DNA of 64,000 nucleotides from an uncultured Phycisphaeraceae bacterium (lineage in GTDB: Bacteria; Planctomycetota; Phycisphaerae; Phycisphaerales; Phycisphaeraceae). The stretch covers positions 65 through 64,064 of the forward strand of contig CAYRPN010000018.1 of the NCBI GenBank assembly GCA_964426135.1. Direction: 5' to 3'. Shown one piece after another: positions 18,658 to 27,064 of this stretch; position 1 is the stretch's first letter, and each line of letters begins with the position of its first letter. A model generated the notes under the pieces. That model was not told the DNA's origin, did not search any database, and saw only the letters and a list, made by a program, of their open reading frames with translations. The position numbers and the translations under genes are program-made.

Positions 18658-19074
18658 GCCTGTGATCTCCATTGATGTTCGAGTAAACGAGCCGACGCAT
18701 CATAGGGACTTGCGCGGGTGAAATTCAACTGGTATTTGTGAATTGCTACCGGACGAATCAATCCGAAGAAGTGCCGGTGTTGGCTTGCTCATTCAGCGGC
18801 TGATGATCGTCCCAGGTAGCCCAGGCCGCCGTGCGCCGAAGCGCCGGATCGAACATTCCCGGTTCATCGTGTCGCGCCTTTCACAGAGCCCTCAGCCCAG
18901 GCCCCAGCAAGTTTTCAGGCACGCAGCGCACGAGTCGCGCGGCTCGGCGGGCATCGTGGTTCGGGTGGAGACGGGCAACGTGATTTCGCCCCGCGGACCT
19001 CGCGCTGGGTCATTCTCAAACGCCACCGCCCGTGTGGCGATGGCCCCGGAACGGACGGTTCTGAAAAAGAAAAA

Positions 19075-19149
19075 TGCCCCCAAGGGGATTTGAACCCCTG
19101 TTTCTAGGATGAGAACCTAGCGTCCTAGGCCAGGCTAGACGATGGGGGC
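19075..19149 (-). tRNA. tRNA-Glu (anticodon CUC)
   Basis: The minus strand reads GCCCCCATCGTCTAGCCTGGCCTAGGACGCTAGGTTCTCATCCTAGAAACAGGGGTTCAAATCCCCTTGGGGGCA. It shows a 7-bp acceptor stem, anticodon stem CTAGG/CCTAG with loop TTCTCAT, and a T-loop GGTTCAAATCC. CCA is not encoded. Confidence 0.85.
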
Positions 19150-19163
19150 ATCGTTCGGGGGAA

Positions 19164-19192
19164 AGAATAGCGGGAGCAGCGCGAAAACTCAA
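19164..19192 (-). promoter_or_regulatory. Candidate sigma70-like promoter for tRNA-Glu (TTGAGT-17-TATTCT)
   Basis: Minus-strand hexamers with a 17-nt spacer; the -10 ends ~14 nt before the tRNA 5' end. Pattern match only. Confidence 0.3.
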
Positions 19193-19257
19193 CTTCACCG
19201 AGCGTGATCTCGGCGGCATTGTCAACCTGAGTTTTGGATCAGGCGCGGCTTCGCGCC

Positions 19258-19397
19258 GTTAGCCCCCGGCTCCGCCGGGGGAGGAGCGCGGTAGAGGTCG
19301 ATCGCGCAAGAACCGCACGGCAGAGTCCGCGCTTCGACGATCATCGACCGCAAATTGCCCGCCACCATCACCCCACCCCCGGCGGAGCCGGGGGCTA
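19258..19397. repeat. REP-C palindrome pair
   Basis: Same arms as at 16593..16743. It lies between ileS and the tRNA. Confidence 0.85.
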
Positions 19398-19457
19398 ACG
19401 GATTATCCGAAGCTCAGGTTGCCAGAGCCGCGGTGGCTCTGGCAACGCGATCGCTGG

Positions 19458-22400
19458 TCACGCCAGACCAACCGCCGCGGCGTCGCGGTCGCTGAGCATG
19501 CCTCCGGTCTCGCCTTCGCCGCGATGCTTCACGGTGCCGTCGCGCTTCCAGCTTCGCTCGCATCGCGGCTCGTTGCGAAGATCGATCACCTCGGCGACGC
19601 CGAAGGTCGCTTCGCTGTGGCCGTGACCCTCCGGGGCGCTGGGCTTCATGGCGACAAACTCGAATCGGCTGATGCCGCAGAGATCCGCCAGGTCCACCCG
19701 GCTGAACGCGTCGAGGCACGCATCCGCGCCGGTCACCCGCAGGCCCATGTCCAGCGGGTTGTCCACGCCCTGCGTCTGCCGCGCGGTTTCCAGCGATTTC
19801 ATCCAGGCCGCGCGACCGTCCATCAGGAGCGGCCAAAGCTCGAACACCGGCACGATCATCGGCTGCGGCAACAGCTCGAGATGCACGCTCTGCGCCGCGG
19901 TCACGTTCTTAAGCTCGCGCCCGTGCAGCGACGCCCACGCCTCCTCCGCCGTGTAAGGCAGGATCGGCGCGAACAGGCGAATCACCGCGCTGGCGATTTC
20001 GTACATCGCCGTCTGCGTGCGACGGCGGCGCGGGCTGTCGGGCTTGTCGCAATACAGGCGATCCTTCGTCGCCGCCAGATAAATCGCCGACAGCGTCTCA
20101 TTGCAGAAATGGAAGATGGATTCGCTGACGACGCCGTACTGGAAATGCTCGTAAGCGTGCCGGCACTTGCGGATCAGTTCGTTGAGCTGCTCCATCGCCC
20201 AGGCGTCGATGCTGGTGGCGTCCTCCAAAGCCCAGGCATGGCCATGCCTGGGCTTTTCAAAATCGCCCAGATTGCTCAGCAAGAACCGCATCGTGTTGCG
20301 AACCTTGCGATACTCTTCGCCCGCCAGGTCGAAGTAGCTCTTGTCCACCTTGATGTCGTTGTCCGTGTTCAGCGAGCACACCCACCAGCGACACACATCC
20401 GCGCCGTAGTCCTTGAGCAGCACATCGACTTCCAGCGTGTTGCCCAGCGACTTGCTCATCTTCTTGCCGTCTTTGTCCACCATGAACCCATGCGTGAGCA
20501 CCGTCTTGAACGGCGACCGCCCGGTCACGCCCAGGGCCGGCAGGAGCGAGCACTGGAACCAGCCGCGATGCTGGTCGGAGCCTTCGAGGTAGAGATCGGT
20601 GACGGGGCGCTGCTCTTTGACGGGATCGTGTGCCAGGCCGCGCTGCACCATGACAGCGTTCCAGGATGAGCCGGACTCGAACCAGACATCGAAGATGTCG
20701 GAAGCTTTGCGGAGCGCGGCAAAGCCCAGGCATGGCAATGCCTGGGCTTTGCCTTCGCAGCGCAACCACTGCGGCGCCGCGGGATCATTCGCCGAGTCGT
20801 ACTCCGCAAGCAGGTCTTTCGGCTCCAGTTTGAACCATGCGTCCGATCCATGCTTGCGCACGACATTGGCGACGGCCTGCACGCTGGCTTGCGTGAGCAA
20901 GAACTCGCCGGGTTTTTCGCCAAAGAACGCGGGGATCGGCAGGCCCCAGGCGCGCTGACGCGAGAGGCACCAGTCCGGCCGCGATTCGAGCATGCCGCGC
21001 ATCCGGTTGCGGCCCCATTCGGGGAGGAACTGCACGTCCTTTTCCGTTTCGTGCAGGGCGAGTTGGCGAAGGGTGCGCGATGTTGCGGCGTCCGCGCGGG
21101 GCAAAGCCCCGCGGCTAAACGCGGCAGGGGCGAACGGGGAATCCACGCCCACAAACCACTGCTCCGTCGCCCGGAAAATCACCGGCGTCTTGCTGCGCCA
21201 GTCGTGCGGATAACTGTGCGTGAACTTGTGATCCAGGAGCAGATGCCCGCTGGCGCGCAGCTTCTCCAACACGATGCCGTTGGCGTCCCACACGCTCTTG
21301 CCGCGCAGCCAGGTGGGCGCGGTGTCGTCGAAGGTGCCGTCGGCGAGCACGGGGCAGTAGATCGGCAGCTTTTCGCGCAGGCCGGTCTGGTAGTCCTCCG
21401 TGCCGTGGCCCGGCGCGGTGTGCACGAGGCCGCAGCCGTCTTCGATCGTGACATAGTCGGCGGCCATCACGGTGTAGAGCGCGTCGAGTGTGGCGCCGCC
21501 AGGGCCGGTCCCCTGGCCCTTGGCCCCTGGCCCCTGGCCCTCTTCCACAAACGGATGCACGTACCGCATGCCCACGAGGTTGAAGCCCTCCGTCACGCCG
21601 ACGATCTGCATCGCGTCGTCCTTCATCGACGCGGCAAGCTTGCCCGCCAGTTCCTCCGCGACGACCGCAAGCCTGCCCTTGATCCGCACCAGCGCGTAGC
21701 GATACGACGGATGCACCGCCACGCCCATGTTGGCCGGCAGCGTCCAGGGCGTCGTCGTCCAGATCATGAAATGCACCGGCTCGCTTCGCAGCGGCGAATC
21801 ATCGCCGACGAACTCATCGAACAAACCATCGCGCGACTGCGGCGCGACCTCGAACAGCACGTACACGCTCGTGTCCTCGCGGTCCTCGTATTCCAGTTCC
21901 GCCTCCGCCAGCGCGGTCTGATTCGCGATCGACCAGTGCACTGGTTTGAGCGCGCGATAAACGAGACCTTTGCCCACGAGGTCGGCGAAAACCTCCAGCG
22001 TCGCCGCCTCAAACTCCGGCAACATGGTCAGGTACGGATGCTCGTAATCCGCCAGCGTCAGCAGCCGCTGCATCTGGCCCATCTGCAGCTTGATGAATTT
22101 TTCCGCGTACTTGCGGCAGTCCCGGCGGACGGACATGGCAAAAGGAAGGGCCGAGGGAACAGGGCCGAGGGCCGAGGGGTCGGAGGATTTCGGATTTTGG
22201 ACTTCGGATTGCGGATCGGGCTTGGTGCCTTGCCCCTCGGTCGCTGGGTCGCTGGATCCCTCGGTCCCTTTCCCTTGGCCCTCGGCCCTCGGCCCTTGGC
22301 CCTTTTCTTGCCTTTCCTGCATCACCTTGTGCTCGATGGGCAGGCCGTGACAGTCCCAGCCGGGGATGTAGGGCACGTCGTAGCCGAGCATGGTCTTGCT

Positions 22401-22673
22401 GCGCACGACGAGATCTTTCAGGACCTTGTTGAGCAGGTGGCCCAGGTGAATCGAGCCGTTGGCGTAGGGCGGGCCGTCGTGGAAGACGAAGCGCTTGCTC
22501 GGATCGTCCGTCCCGCGGGCGGCGCGGATGGCTTCGTACAGCTTCTGCTCCTGCCATCGCTTCAGCGCGGCCGGCTCGTTCTGCACGAGATTCGCCTTCA
22601 TGCCGAAGCTGGTCTTGGGCAGGTTCAGCGTGTCCTTGAACGATTTCTTTTTGGGAGCGGTGGTGTCGGACAT
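19458..22673 (-). CDS. ileS: Isoleucine--tRNA ligase, carrying three low-complexity in-frame insertions
   Basis: ATG start. HIGH-type motif (..PYANGSIHLGHLLNK..), GWDCHGLPIE, KMSKSLGN and a C-terminal Zn-like region are present. Total length is 1071 aa including the inserts at 22140..22313, 21486..21545 and 21075..21137. Confidence 0.95.
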   Translation of the reverse strand: MSDTTAPKKKSFKDTLNLPKTSFGMKANLVQNEPAALKRWQEQKLYEAIRAARGTDDPSKRFVFHDGPPYANGSIHLGHLLNKVLKDLVVRSKTMLGYDVPYIPGWDCHGLPIEHKVMQERQEKGQGPRAEGQGKGTEGSSDPATEGQGTKPDPQSEVQNPKSSDPSALGPVPSALPFAMSVRRDCRKYAEKFIKLQMGQMQRLLTLADYEHPYLTMLPEFEAATLEVFADLVGKGLVYRALKPVHWSIANQTALAEAELEYEDREDTSVYVLFEVAPQSRDGLFDEFVGDDSPLRSEPVHFMIWTTTPWTLPANMGVAVHPSYRYALVRIKGRLAVVAEELAGKLAASMKDDAMQIVGVTEGFNLVGMRYVHPFVEEGQGPGAKGQGTGPGGATLDALYTVMAADYVTIEDGCGLVHTAPGHGTEDYQTGLREKLPIYCPVLADGTFDDTAPTWLRGKSVWDANGIVLEKLRASGHLLLDHKFTHSYPHDWRSKTPVIFRATEQWFVGVDSPFAPAAFSRGALPRADAATSRTLRQLALHETEKDVQFLPEWGRNRMRGMLESRPDWCLSRQRAWGLPIPAFFGEKPGEFLLTQASVQAVANVVRKHGSDAWFKLEPKDLLAEYDSANDPAAPQWLRCEGKAQALPCLGFAALRKASDIFDVWFESGSSWNAVMVQRGLAHDPVKEQRPVTDLYLEGSDQHRGWFQCSLLPALGVTGRSPFKTVLTHGFMVDKDGKKMSKSLGNTLEVDVLLKDYGADVCRWWVCSLNTDNDIKVDKSYFDLAGEEYRKVRNTMRFLLSNLGDFEKPRHGHAWALEDATSIDAWAMEQLNELIRKCRHAYEHFQYGVVSESIFHFCNETLSAIYLAATKDRLYCDKPDSPRRRRTQTAMYEIASAVIRLFAPILPYTAEEAWASLHGRELKNVTAAQSVHLELLPQPMIVPVFELWPLLMDGRAAWMKSLETARQTQGVDNPLDMGLRVTGADACLDAFSRVDLADLCGISRFEFVAMKPSAPEGHGHSEATFGVAEVIDLRNEPRCERSWKRDGTVKHRGEGETGGMLSDRDAAAVGLA

Positions 22674-22950
22674 GGCGAGAAGTCAGGAGTGAGGAGTGAG
22701 AATCGAGGAGTGAGGCGTAGTCGCCGGCGAGCCGGGCCGTGTCGGCCCGACGAATTTCGTTTGCAACTTCCAAAACGCAACAAGCCCCGCCGCGTGGGCA
22801 GGGCTTGCGAAGGATCGAACCACCATCGCGGAACCCTGCGGCTAGGGCGTGCTGATGATAATGCGAATGGCGGCGGGTTGTTGGGGAAGGCGCGGGAGCA
22901 TTGGTCGAAAGTGTAGGCGCCGTGGAGCATGTTCGCGAGTGCAGACACGG
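22674..22950 (-). promoter_or_regulatory. ileS 5' leader (~275 nt) with internal terminator-like hairpin; possible attenuator/T-box-like element
   Basis: The leader lies between the upstream gene's own terminator (22951..22982) and the ileS ATG. It contains ATTATCATCAGC, GATGGTGGTTCG and a hairpin followed by a U-rich tail. Confidence 0.4.
22768..22807 (-). terminator. Terminator-like hairpin inside the ileS leader
   Basis: On the minus strand, CAAGCCCTGCCCACGCGGCGGGGCTTG is followed by TTGCGTTTTGG, ~105 nt upstream of the ileS start codon. Confidence 0.45.
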
Positions 22951-22982
22951 AAAAAAGAAACCTCTCCCGAAGGAGAGGTTTC
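22951..22982 (-). terminator. Intrinsic terminator downstream of the PEP-CTERM gene
   Basis: On the minus strand, GAAACCTCTCC-TTCG-GGAGAGGTTTC is followed by TTTTTT. Confidence 0.75.
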
Positions 22983-23008
22983 GGTCTGCACTGGATTGTT
23001 GAATCGGA

Positions 23009-24328
23009 TCACGCGGCCCGCCTGCGACGCAGCAAGGCGGCGGCGCCCATCACGAGCAGGCTGGCGCTGGCGGGTTCGGGGACTGCCGTACGGAAGAGGA
23101 CGTTGAACTCGGACAGCACGATGTTGCCGTTGGCGCCGGGGAAGCCCACGGTGCCGCCGACCGGGAACACTTCGAGTCGGAATCCGGTCACATTGCGGAA
23201 CATGCCGTTGGCGAGGACGCGGTAGTTGTCGGTCGCGGCATTGCTGCCGGAGATCAGGATCGAGTTGTCACCCAGCAGAGAGCCCGCGCTGGCTGTCAAG
23301 GAGGTGTCGATCGAGTCGGCGGTGATCTGCGTCCACTTGATGCTCGGATCGGTCGCGGTCGGATTTGCATCCGAGGTGAACGACAAACGGAATTGTTGAA
23401 TCTTGTGGGCGAGGGTGCCTTGCTGATGGATCAGGTTGAATTCCAACAGGTCTGCATCGATCGGGCCGCTGGTCTGGAACACAGCGGTCTGGGCCCGGTT
23501 CTGCTGGCCATCGATGCCCCAGCCGTCGTTGCCGGTTTCCACGCCGTTGATCGCGCTGCCGATCGTGAACGCGCCGCCCTGGTCGAAGGTGGCGGTGGCG
23601 TTGGTGAGGACCGCGTCACGGACGTGACGCAGGCTGCTGTCGCCGCTGTCAGGCGTGAAGGCGGCGCTGAACTCAGTGACCACGGCGTTGCCGTTGCCGA
23701 AGTGCGGGGCTGCGGCGCTGCGACCGGCGAAGCCATCGGCGCCGGGTTGCACTTCAAGGCGCAGACCGGTGACGGTATTGATCGGCGCGCGAGCGACGAT
23801 GGTGTAGGTATCGAACGCGGCGTTGCTGCCGGAGACCTTGATCAGGCCGGTTGCGTCGGCGGTGAAAGTGGCGCCGCCGGTGCTGGACATGGACACGGGC
23901 TGGAGCACGCTGAAGAAGCCGGGCGCCGGGTCGATGTCGCCGCCGGGCGATTCGGTGCCGGTCGTGGGCAGGCCGTTCGCGAAGTCGGCGCGGTTGGCGC
24001 CGGTGGCGCCGAGGCGGAACTGCTGCAGCGTGTGGCCGACGCAGCAGTTCTGATTGATGGTGATGGTGAACAGTCCGGTGCCCACGACGTCGGCCTGTGT
24101 TTCCCACACGACCGTCGTGTTGCCCTGCCTGTTATTGAAGAAGCCCATGCCGCCGTTGACGGTGTCGCCGTCGATCGTCTGGGCGACCGAGCCGAAGTTG
24201 CCTTGGTGGAAAGTGGCGGTTGGCTGCTGAAGCGCGACGGTCACGGCCTCGGCGCGCGGGGACATCGGTGCAAGAACCACGGCCGCCGTTGAAAGCGATG
24301 CCGCAAGCAGGGAACGGAAATGAAACAT
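23009..24328 (-). CDS. Secreted PEP-CTERM-anchored protein with internally repeated ~130-aa domain
   Basis: Signal peptide (MFHFRSLLAASLSTAAVVLAPMSPRAEA). The C-terminal VPEPASASLLVMGAAALLRRRRAA is a PEP-CTERM sorting signal. Recurring ..QQFRL.. and ..TG(L/F)RLEV.. motifs indicate domain repeats. Confidence 0.7.
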   Translation of the reverse strand: MFHFRSLLAASLSTAAVVLAPMSPRAEAVTVALQQPTATFHQGNFGSVAQTIDGDTVNGGMGFFNNRQGNTTVVWETQADVVGTGLFTITINQNCCVGHTLQQFRLGATGANRADFANGLPTTGTESPGGDIDPAPGFFSVLQPVSMSSTGGATFTADATGLIKVSGSNAAFDTYTIVARAPINTVTGLRLEVQPGADGFAGRSAAAPHFGNGNAVVTEFSAAFTPDSGDSSLRHVRDAVLTNATATFDQGGAFTIGSAINGVETGNDGWGIDGQQNRAQTAVFQTSGPIDADLLEFNLIHQQGTLAHKIQQFRLSFTSDANPTATDPSIKWTQITADSIDTSLTASAGSLLGDNSILISGSNAATDNYRVLANGMFRNVTGFRLEVFPVGGTVGFPGANGNIVLSEFNVLFRTAVPEPASASLLVMGAAALLRRRRAA

Positions 24329-24486
24329 GTGGAATCTCCTCGAAATAACCAGGTGGGTGGGAATCTATTCTTCTCTGAAGGGGGTGAACTGAGCGAGGAG
24401 ACTACCACAAAAGGGGTTGGACATCAAGACGAGCAACATCGAAGAAAAAGGTGGGGTGTGCCACAATTCCGGGGGCGGCATTCCGG

Positions 24487-24643
24487 CCCCCTCTCCCTCC
24501 CAGGGAGAGGGCTGGGGTGAGGGTCGGGACGCACAAGTTTGCAATCGCCACCGTCGCGTGACGGATGCCGCAACCATCTGTTCGTCCCGACCCTCACCCG
24601 GCCTCGAAGACTCGGCCACCCTCTCCCTGGAAGGGAGAGGGAA
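24487..24643. repeat. REP-F-like palindromic element
   Basis: CCCTCTCCCTCCCAGGGAGAGGG..GGGTCGGGAC ... GTCCCGACCC..CCCTCTCCCTGGAAGGGAGAGGG. Confidence 0.8.
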
Positions 24644-24862
24644 TCAAGCCCCCCGAAAACTTGGCAGACCCAAAAGGTGCATCCTGCTCAGGCGTACATG
24701 TCTTGCCAGAGCCGGCGTGACCGATTTCGTCTCCGTTCAAGGCTCCGGCGTCCACTTCTCCATGATGATCGAGTCCGCGTTCGCCGGATGAACCTGAAGA
24801 TGAACCTGAAAATGCCCGGCCAGCGGGCTTTGGATCCGAGCTGCACGACGCGAAAGCGGAGT

Positions 24863-26704
24863 TCATCCGCCCGCTTTCAACCGCTTCTCCAACTCCACCA
24901 GTTCATCGCGCAGGCCCTGCGGGAGCTTGTTGCCGAAGTGGTCGAAGTAGTCGTGGATGTCGGGCAGTTCCTGGATGAACTTTTCCCGGTCCACTTGCAG
25001 GAGCACGTCGAGGTCTTCCTTGGGAATGGTCAGGCCCGTCAGATCGATCGAGCCGGGCGTGGGCAGCAGGCCGATCGGGCTGTCGATGACCGGCGTGGCG
25101 GCGGGATTCTTGACGCGCTGCACGACCCACTTGAGCACCCGGCTGTTCTCGCCGAAGCCCGGCCAGAGCCATTTGCCTGCCGCGTTTTTCCGGAACCAAT
25201 TAACGTGAAAAATCTGCGGCAGCGCGGCCCCAGGCTTCTGCCCGATCTTCAGCCAATGGGCCCAGTAGTCGCCCATGTGGTACCCGCAGAACGGCAGCAT
25301 CGCCATGGGGTCGTGACGCAACTGGCCGAGTTTTCCGGCGGCGGCGGCGGTCATCTCGCTGCCCATGATGGAGCCCAGGAACGTGCCGTGCTGCCAGGAG
25401 CGCGCCTGCAGCACCAGCGGAATCGTCGACGCCCTTCGCCCGCCGAAGAGAATCGCGCTGATCGGCACGCCGCTAGGGTCTTCCCATTCCTTGCCGATGA
25501 CGGGGCACTGTTTCGCCGGCGCGGTGAAACGGGCGTTGGGGTGGGCCGCTTTTTTGTCGGTGCCCGGAGCCCAGTCGTTGCCGTGCCAGTCTTTCAAATG
25601 TGCCGGCGGCGGGCCCATGTCTTCCCACCACACGTCGCCGTCGTCGGTCAGGGCGCAGTTGGTGAAGATCGTGTTTTTCGTGATGGACTTGAGCGCGTTC
25701 GGATTAGACTTCTCGCAGGTGCCCGGCGCGACGCCGAAGAAACCAGCTTCCGGATTGATCGCGAAGAGTCGGGTCACGCCTTTGTCGTCGGGGTGGAATT
25801 TCATCCACGCGATGTCGTCGCCGATGGTCTCCACTTTCCAGCCTGGAATCGTCGGCGTGAGCATGGCGAGATTGGTCTTGCCGCAGGCGGAAGGAAACGC
25901 GGCGGCGATGAAGATGGCGTCGCCGTCGGGCGGCGTGAGCTTGAGGATGAGCATGTGCTCAGCAAGCCAGCCCTGATCGCGCGCCATGACGGAGGCGATG
26001 CGAAGCGCGAAGCACTTCTTGCCCAGCAGCGCATTGCCGCCGTAGCCCGAACCGTAGGACCAGATTTCTCGCGTTTGCGGAAAGTGGCAGATGTACTTGT
26101 GATCGCCATCACAGGGCCAGGAAATGTCAGGCCGGCGTGAGCCGTCCTTGAGCACCAGCGGATAACCGACGGAATGCAGGCAGGGCACGAACGCACCCTT
26201 GTCGCCCAGTACGTCGAGCACCTTGGTTCCCACGCGGGTCATGATGTGCATGTTGACGACGACGTAGGGCGAGTCGGTGAGCTGCACGCCGATGTGGGCG
26301 ATGTGGCTGCCCACCGGGCCCATGCTGAAGGGGATCACGTACATCGTGCGTCCCTTCATGCTGCCGGCGAAGAGACCGGTCAGCGTCTTCTTCATTTCCA
26401 CCGGATCAGCCCAGTGGTTCGTCGGGCCCGCCTCCTCTTCCGTCGCTGAGCAGATGAAGGTGCGATCCTCCACGCGCGCCACGTCGCCCGGATCGCTCCA
26501 CGCCAGGTAACTGTGCGGACGCTTGGCGGGATTCAGCTCGCGGAACGTGCCGCTGGCGACCAGCCTTCGGCACATCAGGTCGTACTCGGCGGGCGAACCG
26601 TCGCACCAGTGCACGTGGTCCGGCTCGCACAGGCGCGTCATCTCATCGACCCAGGTCATCAGCTTCTGATTCCTGGTTGGGGGGGCGGTCAGGGTGGCGT
26701 TCAT
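24863..26704 (-). CDS. pckG: Phosphoenolpyruvate carboxykinase (GTP)
   Basis: Trimmed to the ATG at 26702-26704, which is preceded by AGGAGG (the ORF track start is a TTG). The kinase-1a loop FPSACGKTN and full-length GTP-PEPCK similarity are present. Confidence 0.95.
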   Translation of the reverse strand: MNATLTAPPTRNQKLMTWVDEMTRLCEPDHVHWCDGSPAEYDLMCRRLVASGTFRELNPAKRPHSYLAWSDPGDVARVEDRTFICSATEEEAGPTNHWADPVEMKKTLTGLFAGSMKGRTMYVIPFSMGPVGSHIAHIGVQLTDSPYVVVNMHIMTRVGTKVLDVLGDKGAFVPCLHSVGYPLVLKDGSRRPDISWPCDGDHKYICHFPQTREIWSYGSGYGGNALLGKKCFALRIASVMARDQGWLAEHMLILKLTPPDGDAIFIAAAFPSACGKTNLAMLTPTIPGWKVETIGDDIAWMKFHPDDKGVTRLFAINPEAGFFGVAPGTCEKSNPNALKSITKNTIFTNCALTDDGDVWWEDMGPPPAHLKDWHGNDWAPGTDKKAAHPNARFTAPAKQCPVIGKEWEDPSGVPISAILFGGRRASTIPLVLQARSWQHGTFLGSIMGSEMTAAAAGKLGQLRHDPMAMLPFCGYHMGDYWAHWLKIGQKPGAALPQIFHVNWFRKNAAGKWLWPGFGENSRVLKWVVQRVKNPAATPVIDSPIGLLPTPGSIDLTGLTIPKEDLDVLLQVDREKFIQELPDIHDYFDHFGNKLPQGLRDELVELEKRLKAGG

Positions 26705-26933
26705 CACAAACCTCCTGGCGAACAAAAATAGTGTGACTCACTCGATCAATCCTGTGAGATTGATCGGCTGGGCAGCGCCGCCATCTTGCTCGATTCGAGA
26801 TGACTAACCAACCGGGGATTCCCTGACCCAAACGCCGTGCCGCATCCGTCCGTCAGTCCCTCGCTTCGCCTGGGGACAAACGGGAAGTGAACTCGTGCAA
26901 GAACGACTGAGCTGATTGGCACATGGCCATTGC

Positions 26934-27020
26934 GTAGGGTGCGTCAAGGCTCGGCGCGGACGCACCACGGTGAACTGGAGATCGAAGAGGGTGCGTCCGC
27001 GCGGACTTGACGCACCCTAC
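26934..27020. repeat. REP-B palindrome pair
   Basis: Same arms as at 14551..14677. Confidence 0.85.
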
Positions 27021-27064
27021 GTCGAGAAAGCGGGAACGAACCCGCAATCAGTGCCGCGCCGCGG

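Noticed and set aside
22790-22870. A GGTTCGATCC (T-loop-like) string on the minus strand, suggesting a tRNA or tRNA-like element upstream of ileS.
   Set aside because: No acceptor, D or anticodon stems can be drawn around it, and the flanking 5-mers of the putative T-stem are not complementary. I treat it as part of the ileS leader instead.
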